In this document: piece by piece, positions 26,248 to 34,432 of the stretch
Position numbering within the stretch: position 1 is the stretch's first letter
Layout of the letters: every line of letters starts with the position of its first letter
DNA from: Pseudomonadota bacterium
Lineage (GTDB): Bacteria > Pseudomonadota > Alphaproteobacteria > Rhizobiales > JANQQB01
Reading direction: 5' to 3'
Assembly (NCBI GenBank): GCA_038745065.1
Contig: JBCDLT010000013.1
Coordinates: 22,790-86,789, forward strand
DNA length: 64,000 nucleotides
Translations under genes and position numbers: made by a program
Notes under the pieces: generated by a model
Database searches by the model: none
Seen by the model: only the letters and a program-made list of their open reading frames with translations
Told to the model about the DNA's origin: nothing

Positions 26248-26937
26248 TCAGGCAAACGAGCACGCCTCCTCGAACGGAAACCGCGGCAATCGCTGAAACA
26301 AAGCCGTTTCGTCGGCATAACCGAGATTGCAAAGGAAATTGGAACGTAGCGTGGTGCCAGCGAAAAACTCTTCGTCGACGATCGCATTCGAGAACCCGGA
26401 CATCGCGCCGACATCGAGGCCGAGCGCCCGGGCCGCGATCATCAGATAGGCCCCTTGGAGCGTCGCATTTCGGAACGCGGTATCCGCCGCGTGCTCCGGC
26501 TTGCCCTCGAAATGCGGCCGGCGATCCTCGTGCGGGAACAGGAACGGCAGCTTGCGCCAGAATTCCAGGTCATGGGCGACGATCACGGTGACCGGCGCGC
26601 CCGCCATCTTCTTGACGTTGGCCGGTTTCAGGGATTTCGACAGCTTTTCCTTGCCCTCCGGCGTCCGCACGAAGATGAACCGCGCGGGGCAGGAATTCAT
26701 GCTCGTCGGTCCGCTGCGGACGATGTCGTACAGGTCGCGTAAAAGGGCCTCGTCCACAGGGCGGTCCGACCATGCATAATGCGAGCGGGCGCCGGAAAGG
26801 ATGAGATCGATGCCGTCCCGGTCGAGCGTCGTGATGCGTTTGCGCAGGACCCGGACCTCGTCCTGCGCGGCGGCACGCAGGCGCGCCAATTCGTCTCCGG
26901 CCGGCGCGGCTTGCGGGACGGGCATCTGGTCGCTCAT
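26248..26937 (-). CDS. nitroreductase-family protein, RutE (malonic semialdehyde reductase)-like
   Basis: Internal ATG (codon 74 of ORF 26248..27156), ATGA overlap with the FAH stop. Strong resemblance over the whole core to E. coli RutE as I recall it (GPTSMNSCPARFIFVRT.EGKEKL; LFPHEDRR; AFRNATLQGAYLMIAARALGLD.GAMSGF; RLPRFPFEEAC). About 25 aa of extra N-terminus. Confidence 0.75.
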   Translation of the reverse strand: MSDQMPVPQAAPAGDELARLRAAAQDEVRVLRKRITTLDRDGIDLILSGARSHYAWSDRPVDEALLRDLYDIVRSGPTSMNSCPARFIFVRTPEGKEKLSKSLKPANVKKMAGAPVTVIVAHDLEFWRKLPFLFPHEDRRPHFEGKPEHAADTAFRNATLQGAYLMIAARALGLDVGAMSGFSNAIVDEEFFAGTTLRSNFLCNLGYADETALFQRLPRFPFEEACSFA

Positions 26938-27818
26938 TGCGCCGCCTCGCCCGCCTGCGCGACAGTTTCGTTGGTAACGCGATTGCGGCAGAGGCCGATC
27001 TTTTCGATTTCGACCTCGATGACATCGCCGTCGAACATGAAGGCCGGCGGCTTTTGGGCATGGCCGACACCCGGCGGTGTCCCCATGGCGATCATGTCGC
27101 CGGGTTCCAGCGTCATGACTTCCGAAACCGTGGCGATCGTTTTGGCCACCGGCCACATCATGTCGGACGTGTTGGCGTTTTGCATGACCTTACCGTTCAA
27201 CCGGGACTGGATGGCCAGATCGGCGGCGCCGGCGGGCAATTCGTCAGGCGTCACAACGCAAGGACCGAGGGCGCCGGTCCCGTCGAAATTCTTGCCCGGC
27301 GTCCACTGGTGCGTCTTGCGCTGGTAATCGCGGACCGATCCGTCATTGAAGACGGAATAGCCGAAGACGTGATCGAACGCCTCGTCCTCCGGAATATGCC
27401 GACCGCCCCGGCCGATCACGACCATCAGTTCGACCTCGTAATCGAGGCGATCGGAACAGGTCGGTTTGATCATCGGCGCACCGGCGGCGATCATCGAAGA
27501 CGGGAACCGGATGAACAATGCCGGATATTCGGGGATGTCGTATCCGCCTTCCTTGACGTGATCGACATAGTTCAGCCCGAGGCACAGGATCTTGGCAAAC
27601 GTGTTGACCGGCAGGGCCGGTGTCAGATCGCCGACAGGTACCGCATCGGCATCGGCCATCGCGGCCTCGGCGGTCTCCGTGGCGGACGCTCCCAGTCGGA
27701 TCGCTTCCCACAAATCGGAACCTGGAAATCCGGGCTGGCCGCTCAGCCGATACGCCCTGTCGCCCTTTACAGCATAAAGAGCCGTGCCCTCGCCCGTCTG
27801 GGCGGTCATATAGCGCAT
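26934..27818 (-). CDS. fumarylacetoacetate hydrolase (FAH) family protein
   Basis: LCLGLNYVDH, LDYEVELMVVIGRGG, GDMIAMGTPPGVG. Confidence 0.85.
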   Translation of the reverse strand: MRYMTAQTGEGTALYAVKGDRAYRLSGQPGFPGSDLWEAIRLGASATETAEAAMADADAVPVGDLTPALPVNTFAKILCLGLNYVDHVKEGGYDIPEYPALFIRFPSSMIAAGAPMIKPTCSDRLDYEVELMVVIGRGGRHIPEDEAFDHVFGYSVFNDGSVRDYQRKTHQWTPGKNFDGTGALGPCVVTPDELPAGAADLAIQSRLNGKVMQNANTSDMMWPVAKTIATVSEVMTLEPGDMIAMGTPPGVGHAQKPPAFMFDGDVIEVEIEKIGLCRNRVTNETVAQAGEAAQ

Positions 27819-27854
27819 CGTGCCATCCCGGTTTCGTTTCCCTGTGTTTTGTCG

Positions 27855-27883
27855 AGTTAATCCAGATTTTTGGCATGTGTCAA
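27855..27883 (-). promoter_or_regulatory. candidate sigma70-type promoter for the FAH...dioxygenase operon
   Basis: Minus strand reads TTGACA-N17-TTAACT. It overlaps the near-palindrome TTGGCAtgTGTCAA, a possible GntR(FCD) site. Confidence 0.35.
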
Positions 27884-27899
27884 ATAATTTCGATATTTT

Positions 27900-27928
27900 T
27901 TGCTTGAATTATTTTTTGCCGATATAAT
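27900..27928 (+). promoter_or_regulatory. candidate sigma70-type promoter for the yciI-like/MBL operon
   Basis: TTGCTT-N17-TATAAT, 27 nt upstream of the ATG at 27955. GGGAGGA SD follows. Confidence 0.4.
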
Positions 27929-27954
27929 CGCAAGGAAACAACGGGGAGGACGCC

Positions 27955-28329
27955 ATGTCGGACTGGACGGATTATGTCGCCAAGGCACGCGAGCGCGGCT
28001 CGCTGGGCGCGGAATTCTATGCGGTCCTCAGTCGCCCGGCACAGAACGCGGCCCGCATGCCGGAGGTCCTGCCGAAGCATCTGGAATTCCTGCAGGATCT
28101 GGAGAAACGACGCATTCTTGTCTTTGCCGGACCGCTTTCCGATGCCTCCGGCACGTCTCGAACTGGCGAAGGCCTGCTTGTCCTGCGTGCCGCATCGATC
28201 GCCGAGGCCGATCGATTGGCCGCAGCCGATCCCATGCACCTTGAAGGATGCCGCGCGTACACGGTCCAGGGCTGGCTGATCAACGAAGGCCATATTCCGG
28301 ACGAGTTGCGCCCGCTCGACCGGCCATAA
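27955..28329 (+). CDS. YciI family protein
   Basis: 124 aa. HLEFLQDLEKRRILVFAGPL.....GLLVLRAASIAEADRLAAADPM pattern. Confidence 0.7.
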   Translation: MSDWTDYVAKARERGSLGAEFYAVLSRPAQNAARMPEVLPKHLEFLQDLEKRRILVFAGPLSDASGTSRTGEGLLVLRAASIAEADRLAAADPMHLEGCRAYTVQGWLINEGHIPDELRPLDRP

Positions 28330-28351
28330 CAATCAGAAACAGGAGGAATTC

Positions 28352-29449
28352 ATGAAACAGGCACAATCCTGCACCCCTTCGGCACGGACCCGTCTTGAGG
28401 GCATCGCGGCCGCAACGTTCGGCATGGCCGCTTTCCTGTTCGGCGCCGCCGAGGCCGGCGCTGCTCCCTGCCTGTCGGTCACGCTCACCGGCACCCAGGG
28501 CGGACCGCCCGTGTTCCAGGGACAGGCCGGAGCCGGCACGCTTGTGCGGTACGGGAACGACGACAACCAGTGCGGATCGGTGTTCCTGCAATTCGACGCC
28601 GGTCGCGGCACGACCCAGCAATTATCGAAACTCGGAGTCCCGGTCGGACGGATCAATGCGGTGTTTTTCACCCACATGCATTCCGACCACACCGAAGGCC
28701 TGGCCGACATGATGCAATTGCGCTGGCATTTCCGGTCGCAGGGCCCGAAGGTCGACCTCGTCTGCAGCGGAGATGCAAAATCGCCGTTCGGTCATATCCT
28801 GTCCTGCGACAGGTATGCCCGGCACATCGGCGACCCGCTTCTTCAGTCGGGCGAAATCGCGCAGAGACTGGCGGAAAACAACAAGCGGCTGCCCGGCGGA
28901 CCGGCCGACCTGCTCAATGTGACGACCTTTGACCCTGAGGAATCCGCACAGGTCGTCTGGTCGTCCGGCGAAGTTACGGTTTCGGCCATCCGGTCACGCC
29001 ATATTCCGGGACATGCCTCCTATCGGGTCGACACGCCGGCCGGCAGCGTGGTCATCGGCGGCGATGCCGGCAACGACAATCCCAAACCGCCGCGCGCGGC
29101 CTCGACGTCCGACCAGGTCGAGACCCTGTCGAACGGCGCAGACATCCTGGTGCATTCGACCATTCACCCCGTGATGGGACCCGACCGGGACAGCGGCTTT
29201 CCGCCGCCGATCTTCTATCGCCAGAGCACGGCGTCCGATCTCGGCGCCCTGGCCGCACGGGCCGGCGTGAAAACCCTCATGCTGACCCATCTGATTCCGC
29301 CGATGGGCGCGGCAAGGCAGGGACCGTATCCGATCCCCGGCGGCGCCTTGAAGGTACAGGATTACGAAGCCGCGGCCCGGGACAGCGGCTATGACGGCAA
29401 TGTCGTCGTCGGCACGGATCTGGCGACCGTCACCCTACCGGAACGCTGA
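28352..29449 (+). CDS. secreted MBL-fold metallo-hydrolase
   Basis: Signal peptide (AAFLFGAAEAGAAP); HxHxDH motif FFTHMHSDHTEG. Confidence 0.8.
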   Translation: MKQAQSCTPSARTRLEGIAAATFGMAAFLFGAAEAGAAPCLSVTLTGTQGGPPVFQGQAGAGTLVRYGNDDNQCGSVFLQFDAGRGTTQQLSKLGVPVGRINAVFFTHMHSDHTEGLADMMQLRWHFRSQGPKVDLVCSGDAKSPFGHILSCDRYARHIGDPLLQSGEIAQRLAENNKRLPGGPADLLNVTTFDPEESAQVVWSSGEVTVSAIRSRHIPGHASYRVDTPAGSVVIGGDAGNDNPKPPRAASTSDQVETLSNGADILVHSTIHPVMGPDRDSGFPPPIFYRQSTASDLGALAARAGVKTLMLTHLIPPMGAARQGPYPIPGGALKVQDYEAAARDSGYDGNVVVGTDLATVTLPER

Positions 29450-29489
29450 CAGTCTCGTTCCGCGCACTAGGTATCGCGGCGGACGTCAG
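29446..29489. terminator. imperfect long hairpin spanning both stop codons of a convergent gene pair
   Basis: CTGAC-a-GTC-tcgtt-CCGCG ... CGCGG-cg-GAC-GTCAG. No U-tract. Confidence 0.3.
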
Positions 29490-30439
29490 TGCATGCTGCA
29501 GGGGCCGGTGTCCCGCTCGGCGAGCGTGCCGAAGGCAAGTGCGGTGCCGGCAATCGCCGCAAGGTCGCACAGGAAAGAGGCGTGCCGCGCTGAAAGCCGA
29601 TAATCCGCACCGGGATCGCCGATGATGAGCGCGGCAACCGCGCCCCGCGCGCGCTTCACCGGAATGATGATGAGCCTTGTGAATGCCGGCCGCAGGGCCC
29701 GCAAGGGGTGCCCGTCAAGGCGCGGATCGCTGGCGACATCGTCGATGACGATCATCGGCGCTGTCGGATCGAGACAGGGCGAAAGGCTGTAGCTGGCGTC
29801 AAAGCCGCCAAGCGGCAGGCCATGGTGTCCGATGACATCGATGGATTTGCCGTCTTCAAGTGTGACGATTGCCGTGGCGGCTCCGGTCAGGTTGACGGCG
29901 GTGGCGGCGACCTGGTCCAGGATCGCGCGTTGATGGCTTTGTAGTTTCGGGGCGAGATCCGAAACGCATCGAGGCGCCGAATTCTGGAGAGAGTGCAAGT
30001 CGAAATCGCTTTCGGTGTCGGACAAATGAAAGGGCGCCGGTTCGTTCCGCGAAAAAGTCGGCACGTACCCGCCTTTCGGGATGTCTATGCGGATCGGATC
30101 ATCGGCGCCGGGCCCGGCATAATAGGCAGCGAGCGCATCGCGCAACCGACGGGCAAAAACGCGCACGGTCGGATCGGATTGCGGATCGAAATCCGGCGAG
30201 CGGCCGAGTGCGTCCACACCGATCGTATAGCCCTTGATGGAAGCCGGATCGCCGTCGAGCGTCCGGTTCACGATAAAGCTAAGAAATGCCGTCAGCCGGG
30301 GCGATTGCGCCATGCCGTCGGCTGCCAGCACACGGTCAAGAGCCGCCAGGATTTCGACACGGCCCGGTGCGGTCGGAACGGACGACTGAACCGGATGTAA
30401 AGGGGTGACGTTGGTTCTCTGCGCGGCGCTTCCAAACAT
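29486..30439 (-). CDS. putative one-component regulator: wHTH-like N-terminal module + GAF domain
   Basis: N-terminal SPRLTAFLSFIVNRTL..IKGYTIGVDALGR...FDPQSDPTVRVFARRLRDALAAYY...IRIDIPKGGYVPTF (a pattern seen N-terminal in CadC/cyclase-type regulators). C-terminal GAF-like region (IDDVASDPRLDGHPL...ALIIGDP). GGAGGA SD. Confidence 0.55.
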   Translation of the reverse strand: MFGSAAQRTNVTPLHPVQSSVPTAPGRVEILAALDRVLAADGMAQSPRLTAFLSFIVNRTLDGDPASIKGYTIGVDALGRSPDFDPQSDPTVRVFARRLRDALAAYYAGPGADDPIRIDIPKGGYVPTFSRNEPAPFHLSDTESDFDLHSLQNSAPRCVSDLAPKLQSHQRAILDQVAATAVNLTGAATAIVTLEDGKSIDVIGHHGLPLGGFDASYSLSPCLDPTAPMIVIDDVASDPRLDGHPLRALRPAFTRLIIIPVKRARGAVAALIIGDPGADYRLSARHASFLCDLAAIAGTALAFGTLAERDTGPCSMH

Positions 30440-30894
30440 ACTGATCCTCCGGCGTTATCTCCGACAGGCTGCATTGAACCGCACATCTTTGTACGCGCGA
30501 CGATACGCCCGCCCGCGCCGGTGCAGAACCGAATGCCTGTCAACTGGTTATTTCGCATGGACCGGCAACCGGTCCGGAAGTTAGGACGACGGCACCGGAT
30601 TGATCCCAGCGCGTGTAGCCGCCCCGCAGCATTGCAACTGTAAGATAGTAAATTTGTTCGCGCTTACATTCACCTCAAATGCCAATATCTGCGAAACCTG
30701 TCGCAAAATGTTAAAGCATGGGGCCGTGAGACTTTCGGTCTCACAATTCCGGAGGATTCGATGGGTTCCGCAGCGTCATAACGGCCGCAAATCGGGCATT
30801 TTGTGCAATACCGGCGAATCGATCGGCAGCCAAATCTGTCGATGTTACGTGGTGAGGGGCACTGAAATCGCCGCCTGTCCGGCGAAACGGCCTG

Positions 30895-31929
30895 TCACGG
30901 CTGAGCCCGGACCTCGCTCGGCGGCATACCGTACCAGCGGCGCGCAGACCGGGTGTAGGCGCTGGTGGCGGAGAAGCCGAGGCGGTCCGAGATCTCCGAA
31001 AGGCTCAGATCGGTGCGCTTCAAAAGACGGGTCGACTGCTCCCGTCTGGCCTGGTCGACCAGGCTCTGGAATGTCAGGTTCTTGGCCTTTAAATGCCGCT
31101 GCAGACTGCGCTCGCTGAGCGCCAGCCGTTTGGCGATCTTGTCGATCGCCACATCCGTCCGCCCGAGATCCTCGAAGATTTCCGTGATCACTCGCTCTTC
31201 CAGGCTGAGTGTCCGACGGGTGGATTGCAGCCGGGCTTCGCATTGCCGCATCATGAGGTCGAACAGGCGCTCGTCGGCCCGGGGATTGGGCGCCGACAGA
31301 TCCCCGACCGAGACGAATACCGCATTGTATTTGCAGGAAAACCGGACGGTCCGGGCCATCGTCTGGCGATAGCTCGCGACCTTCTTCGGCGGCTGACGTT
31401 CCAGCCGGGCTTCGTTCGGCAGCCAATCCGTCTCGAAATAGGTCGCGACGAGTTTGATGCAGACGGCGGTGGTAAAGTCGACGAATTGCTCCCGTTGCAC
31501 GATGACCGGGGAAAACGTCCATTCCAGGCGCGCTGTCGATCCGCCGACCTCATACCGCAGATAGCCGAAATCGCAGGTCAGGCTGAGAAACTTGAACATG
31601 AAACGCATGGCCGAACGCACATCCGGTGCGTTGAGAATGCCGTACCCGAAGGCCCCCGTGCCGCCACCCCGATAGGCACGGGCATATTTCAGACCGAATT
31701 CCGGATCCTCGGCCTCACCCGCAAGCGCTTGCAACAGGCGGCAGAAGCGGTCCTGGGAAATGGCCGCATCGATGTTTTGAAACAGATCGACATCAAGGCC
31801 GAGCGCTTCGGCCGCCGGCCCTATATCGATCCCATAGGTATCCCGGGCAAAAGCATCGAGATCGCGCCCCATGCTGGCGGCGACCAGGTACTTGTCCGCA
31901 ATAGAGGTCGAGACAGAGGGATCGCGCAT
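30895..31929 (-). CDS. AraC family transcriptional regulator
   Basis: C-terminal HTH LSLSEISDRLGFSATSAYTRSARRWYGMPPSEVR. Start taken at codon 8 of ORF 30895..31950. Confidence 0.85.
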   Translation of the reverse strand: MRDPSVSTSIADKYLVAASMGRDLDAFARDTYGIDIGPAAEALGLDVDLFQNIDAAISQDRFCRLLQALAGEAEDPEFGLKYARAYRGGGTGAFGYGILNAPDVRSAMRFMFKFLSLTCDFGYLRYEVGGSTARLEWTFSPVIVQREQFVDFTTAVCIKLVATYFETDWLPNEARLERQPPKKVASYRQTMARTVRFSCKYNAVFVSVGDLSAPNPRADERLFDLMMRQCEARLQSTRRTLSLEERVITEIFEDLGRTDVAIDKIAKRLALSERSLQRHLKAKNLTFQSLVDQARREQSTRLLKRTDLSLSEISDRLGFSATSAYTRSARRWYGMPPSEVRAQP

Positions 31930-32023
31930 TGGCAGACAAAGGTAAAACAATGTCGGCTTATGTTAAAGCAACAAGCCACCACATTGCTAGTATACGACGA
32001 AAGTCGCAAATCAGATGGCCACT

Positions 32024-32066
32024 CCCGCGCGGCGCCTCCCGGCCGCGCCGGGCCTCGGTGTTTTTT
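32024..32066 (+). promoter_or_regulatory. terminator/attenuator-like structure immediately upstream of the PAS_5 gene
   Basis: 10-bp GC stem with one bulge (32024-32033 / 32042-32052) overlaps an alternative 5-bp stem (32046-32050 / 32056-32060) that is followed directly by T6 (32061-32066). The ATG is at 32070 with no SD. Confidence 0.35.
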
Positions 32067-32069
32067 GCA

Positions 32070-32582
32070 ATGAAGACGGACACGCCCCTTGCCGAAGCCG
32101 TGTTGCCCGAACGGGCGCCACGGCAATTGCATGACCTGCTTGCGCACTGGATCGCCGTCTCCGAGACCCGCCCCCCGCGCGAAGCCGACTTTCCTTTCGA
32201 TGACCTGGTAGAGACCCATCCCGGCCTGATCCTCTTGAAGCCCGAACGGGACAAGAAGCAGCGCCTGGACATCCGCTACATCCGGGTCGGTCCGGAGCAC
32301 AACCGTCGCAACCAGACGGAAATCGAGGGCGAACTGTGTTCCCAGATGCTGTACCCGCACCAGTTCGACCGCTTCGTCGAAGTCTATGGCGAAGTCATGG
32401 AAACCGGTCGGCCACACTACTGGGAGATCGCCAACACGGTCTTCGGCACGCCCCCACAGGAATATGTCCGGCTTTTATTGCCGCTCTACGATGACGAGGG
32501 CCGGTTCGCCGCATTCCTGGCGGATTGTATCTGGCAGGACCCGCCCGAATTGCCGGCGGAGACGGCGAACCGCCTCACCTGA
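32070..32582 (+). CDS. PAS_5 (DUF1457) domain protein
   Basis: Internal ATG (codon 48 of ORF 31929..32582). LLAHWIAV...READFPFDDLVETHPGLILLKPE......DIRYIRVG matches my recollection of alphaproteobacterial PAS_5 proteins. Confidence 0.55.
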   Translation: MKTDTPLAEAVLPERAPRQLHDLLAHWIAVSETRPPREADFPFDDLVETHPGLILLKPERDKKQRLDIRYIRVGPEHNRRNQTEIEGELCSQMLYPHQFDRFVEVYGEVMETGRPHYWEIANTVFGTPPQEYVRLLLPLYDDEGRFAAFLADCIWQDPPELPAETANRLT

Positions 32583-32613
32583 AGTTCGCCCTCAGCGCTC
32601 GACATCGCGCCGC

Positions 32614-33345
32614 TCAGGTATCGAGGAAAGCCCTGTAGTCGTCGGAGACCGCCTTCACCGCGGCGTCGATCAGCGCGTGTCCGTGTTCCGGCCGTGCGAG
32701 GCTGGAATGCGATCCCACGCGCCCGTCCGGGAACCGGGCTCTGTGCGCGTCCGGCGGCCCGTGCCGATCGCCGGCATGCGCCCGAATGAACTCCGCCGAG
32801 ACCGGCTCCGGCGGCGCGATCTCTTCATGGTCGTCGGATCCGTGGAGCGCCTCGACGATGGCGATTTCCGAGGGCGTCGCGTGCATGCCCTCCCATGTAC
32901 CGTAATAGGTATCGCGCAGACGACTGACGGATTCGAAATCCCACCACGAGCGGATCCGCACCGTGCCGTCAGGCAACGACGATGCTGCCTCGCGCAAGGG
33001 TTCCAGGTTGGCCCCGTGCCCGTTCAGGACATAGATGTGGCCGAAGCCGTGCCGGTACAGCCCCGCCAGGATCTCCGTGACCTGGGCGCGGAACGTCTCC
33101 GGCGAAACGGAGAGCGTGCCGGCAAATGCCATGTTGAAGGGGGCTGGCGTGTAAGCCAGGACCGGCGCGACAAGCGCACCCGCCCGGGCGGCCGCACGCT
33201 CGGCAATGGTCTCGGCACAGATGGCATCCGTGCCGATCCATCCGATCGGGCCGTGCTGCTCCGTCGATCCGGTCGGTAGCAAGATCCCGTCCGACCGCTT
33301 CAGATAGGCCTCGATCCGCGGCCAGGTGCAACGGTCGAGCCGCAT
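32614..33345 (-). CDS. creatininase (creatinine amidohydrolase) family protein, copy 1
   Basis: LLPTGSTEQHGP and YVLNGHGAN motifs. Start at codon 25 of ORF 32614..33417 avoids overlap with the upstream SBP gene. Confidence 0.8.
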   Translation of the reverse strand: MRLDRCTWPRIEAYLKRSDGILLPTGSTEQHGPIGWIGTDAICAETIAERAAARAGALVAPVLAYTPAPFNMAFAGTLSVSPETFRAQVTEILAGLYRHGFGHIYVLNGHGANLEPLREAASSLPDGTVRIRSWWDFESVSRLRDTYYGTWEGMHATPSEIAIVEALHGSDDHEEIAPPEPVSAEFIRAHAGDRHGPPDAHRARFPDGRVGSHSSLARPEHGHALIDAAVKAVSDDYRAFLDT

Positions 33346-33382
33346 CAGGCGCGGTGCGCCGCGCGGCCGGCAAAGCGGCTCG

Positions 33383-34159
33383 TCAGTTGGACAATTGCCA
33401 TTTTTTGCCGAGCGCATCGAAGAAGCCGCGCTCCTGCTTCAGCTTGATCCAGGTGTTCACGTAGTTGATCCAGACCTGATCCGCCTGCGGCAGGAGCATG
33501 GCAATCGGAGTCGGTGCCTTTGGAGCCGACACCGGAACGATCGCCATTTGCGGATACTTGGCGACCAGCTTGTAGGCTTCCACGTTCGACGTGATATGGG
33601 CATCGGCGCGGCCGGACAGAACTTCCTGGAAATCCCGTGCCGGCGCTTCGACGATCTTGTGCGTTGCGTTCGGGAAGAAGTCCTTGACCTGCTTTTCCTG
33701 CGTCGTGCCGAGGGTGGCCGCAACCGTCACGCCGGGTTTGTCGAGATCCGCCCAGTCCGAGAAATTGGCGAGTTTGTCCTTCAGGACCAGCGGCACCGTG
33801 GCCAGGGAGAAATAGCTGTTGGAATAACCTGCCGCCTTGGCGCGGGCCGGCGAGATCGAGGCCGAACCGGTCATGTGATATTTGCCGGACGTCACCCCGC
33901 TGACGAGCGTCTTCCAGTCGGTCGGCACGAATTCGAGTTCGACGCCCAGGTCCTTGGCCAGTTCCGTCATGACGTCGATGTCGTAGCCGCGATACGAATT
34001 GGTCGCCGGATCCTTCATGGTCATGGGATTCCAGTCGCCGGTCGTCCCGACTTTCAGCGTCCCGCTGTTCAGGATATCGTTCAGCGCGCTCTGCGCCTGG
34101 GCCTGTGTCCCCGTGACGACGATGAGCGCGGCCATCACGCCCGCTTTTATCAGATTCAT
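33383..34159 (-). CDS. amino-acid-type ABC transporter substrate-binding protein (PBP type 3)
   Basis: Internal ATG (codon 22) preceded by AAGGAG. Signal peptide ...VVTGTQAQAQS. LKVGTTGDWNPMT. Confidence 0.85.
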   Translation of the reverse strand: MNLIKAGVMAALIVVTGTQAQAQSALNDILNSGTLKVGTTGDWNPMTMKDPATNSYRGYDIDVMTELAKDLGVELEFVPTDWKTLVSGVTSGKYHMTGSASISPARAKAAGYSNSYFSLATVPLVLKDKLANFSDWADLDKPGVTVAATLGTTQEKQVKDFFPNATHKIVEAPARDFQEVLSGRADAHITSNVEAYKLVAKYPQMAIVPVSAPKAPTPIAMLLPQADQVWINYVNTWIKLKQERGFFDALGKKWQLSN

Positions 34160-34230
34160 CAAGTGCTCCTTTGAGTCCTGTCCAAGCTGTTCCCCGATCG
34201 GCCAGAAGCCCGAAAGGCGCAACGCACCGC

Positions 34231-34266
34231 GGACAAAAAGCCGTTCGATCCCGTGCCTTTTTGTCC
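34231..34266. repeat. 10-bp perfect inverted repeat in the divergent control region
   Basis: GGACAAAAAG (34231-34240) ... 16 nt ... CTTTTTGTCC (34257-34266). Confidence 0.6.
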
Positions 34267-34295
34267 GGTTCGCGCGGGATCGATCACGCGCCGGA

Positions 34296-34343
34296 ATTGC
34301 AAACCGATAAATTTATTGCACTCCAATAAACTATTTATTGCAC
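34296..34343. promoter_or_regulatory. AT-rich operator-like array (ATTGCA boxes, direct repeats and palindromes)
   Basis: ATTTATTGCAC occurs twice (34311-34321 and 34333-34343), with a third ATTGCA at 34296-34301. Palindromes ATAAATTTAT (34307-34316) and CAATAAActaTTTATTG (34324-34340). Possible TTGCAC-N17-TAGGCT promoter for the ATPase gene. Confidence 0.4.
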
Positions 34344-34432
34344 AGGATTTTTGCCATTGCTAGGCTCGGCGTAACGGATTTCCCGGCCCGGCCAGAACGC
34401 ATCGAGCCGGGTCAAGAGCACGGGCGAAGTCC

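Noticed and set aside
30761-30781. Six-codon mini-ORF (MGSAAS) with a GGAGGA SD in the 455-bp gap.
   Set aside because: It is on the strand opposite both flanking genes, too short to evaluate, and has no associated attenuator logic. I mention it only as part of the gap description.
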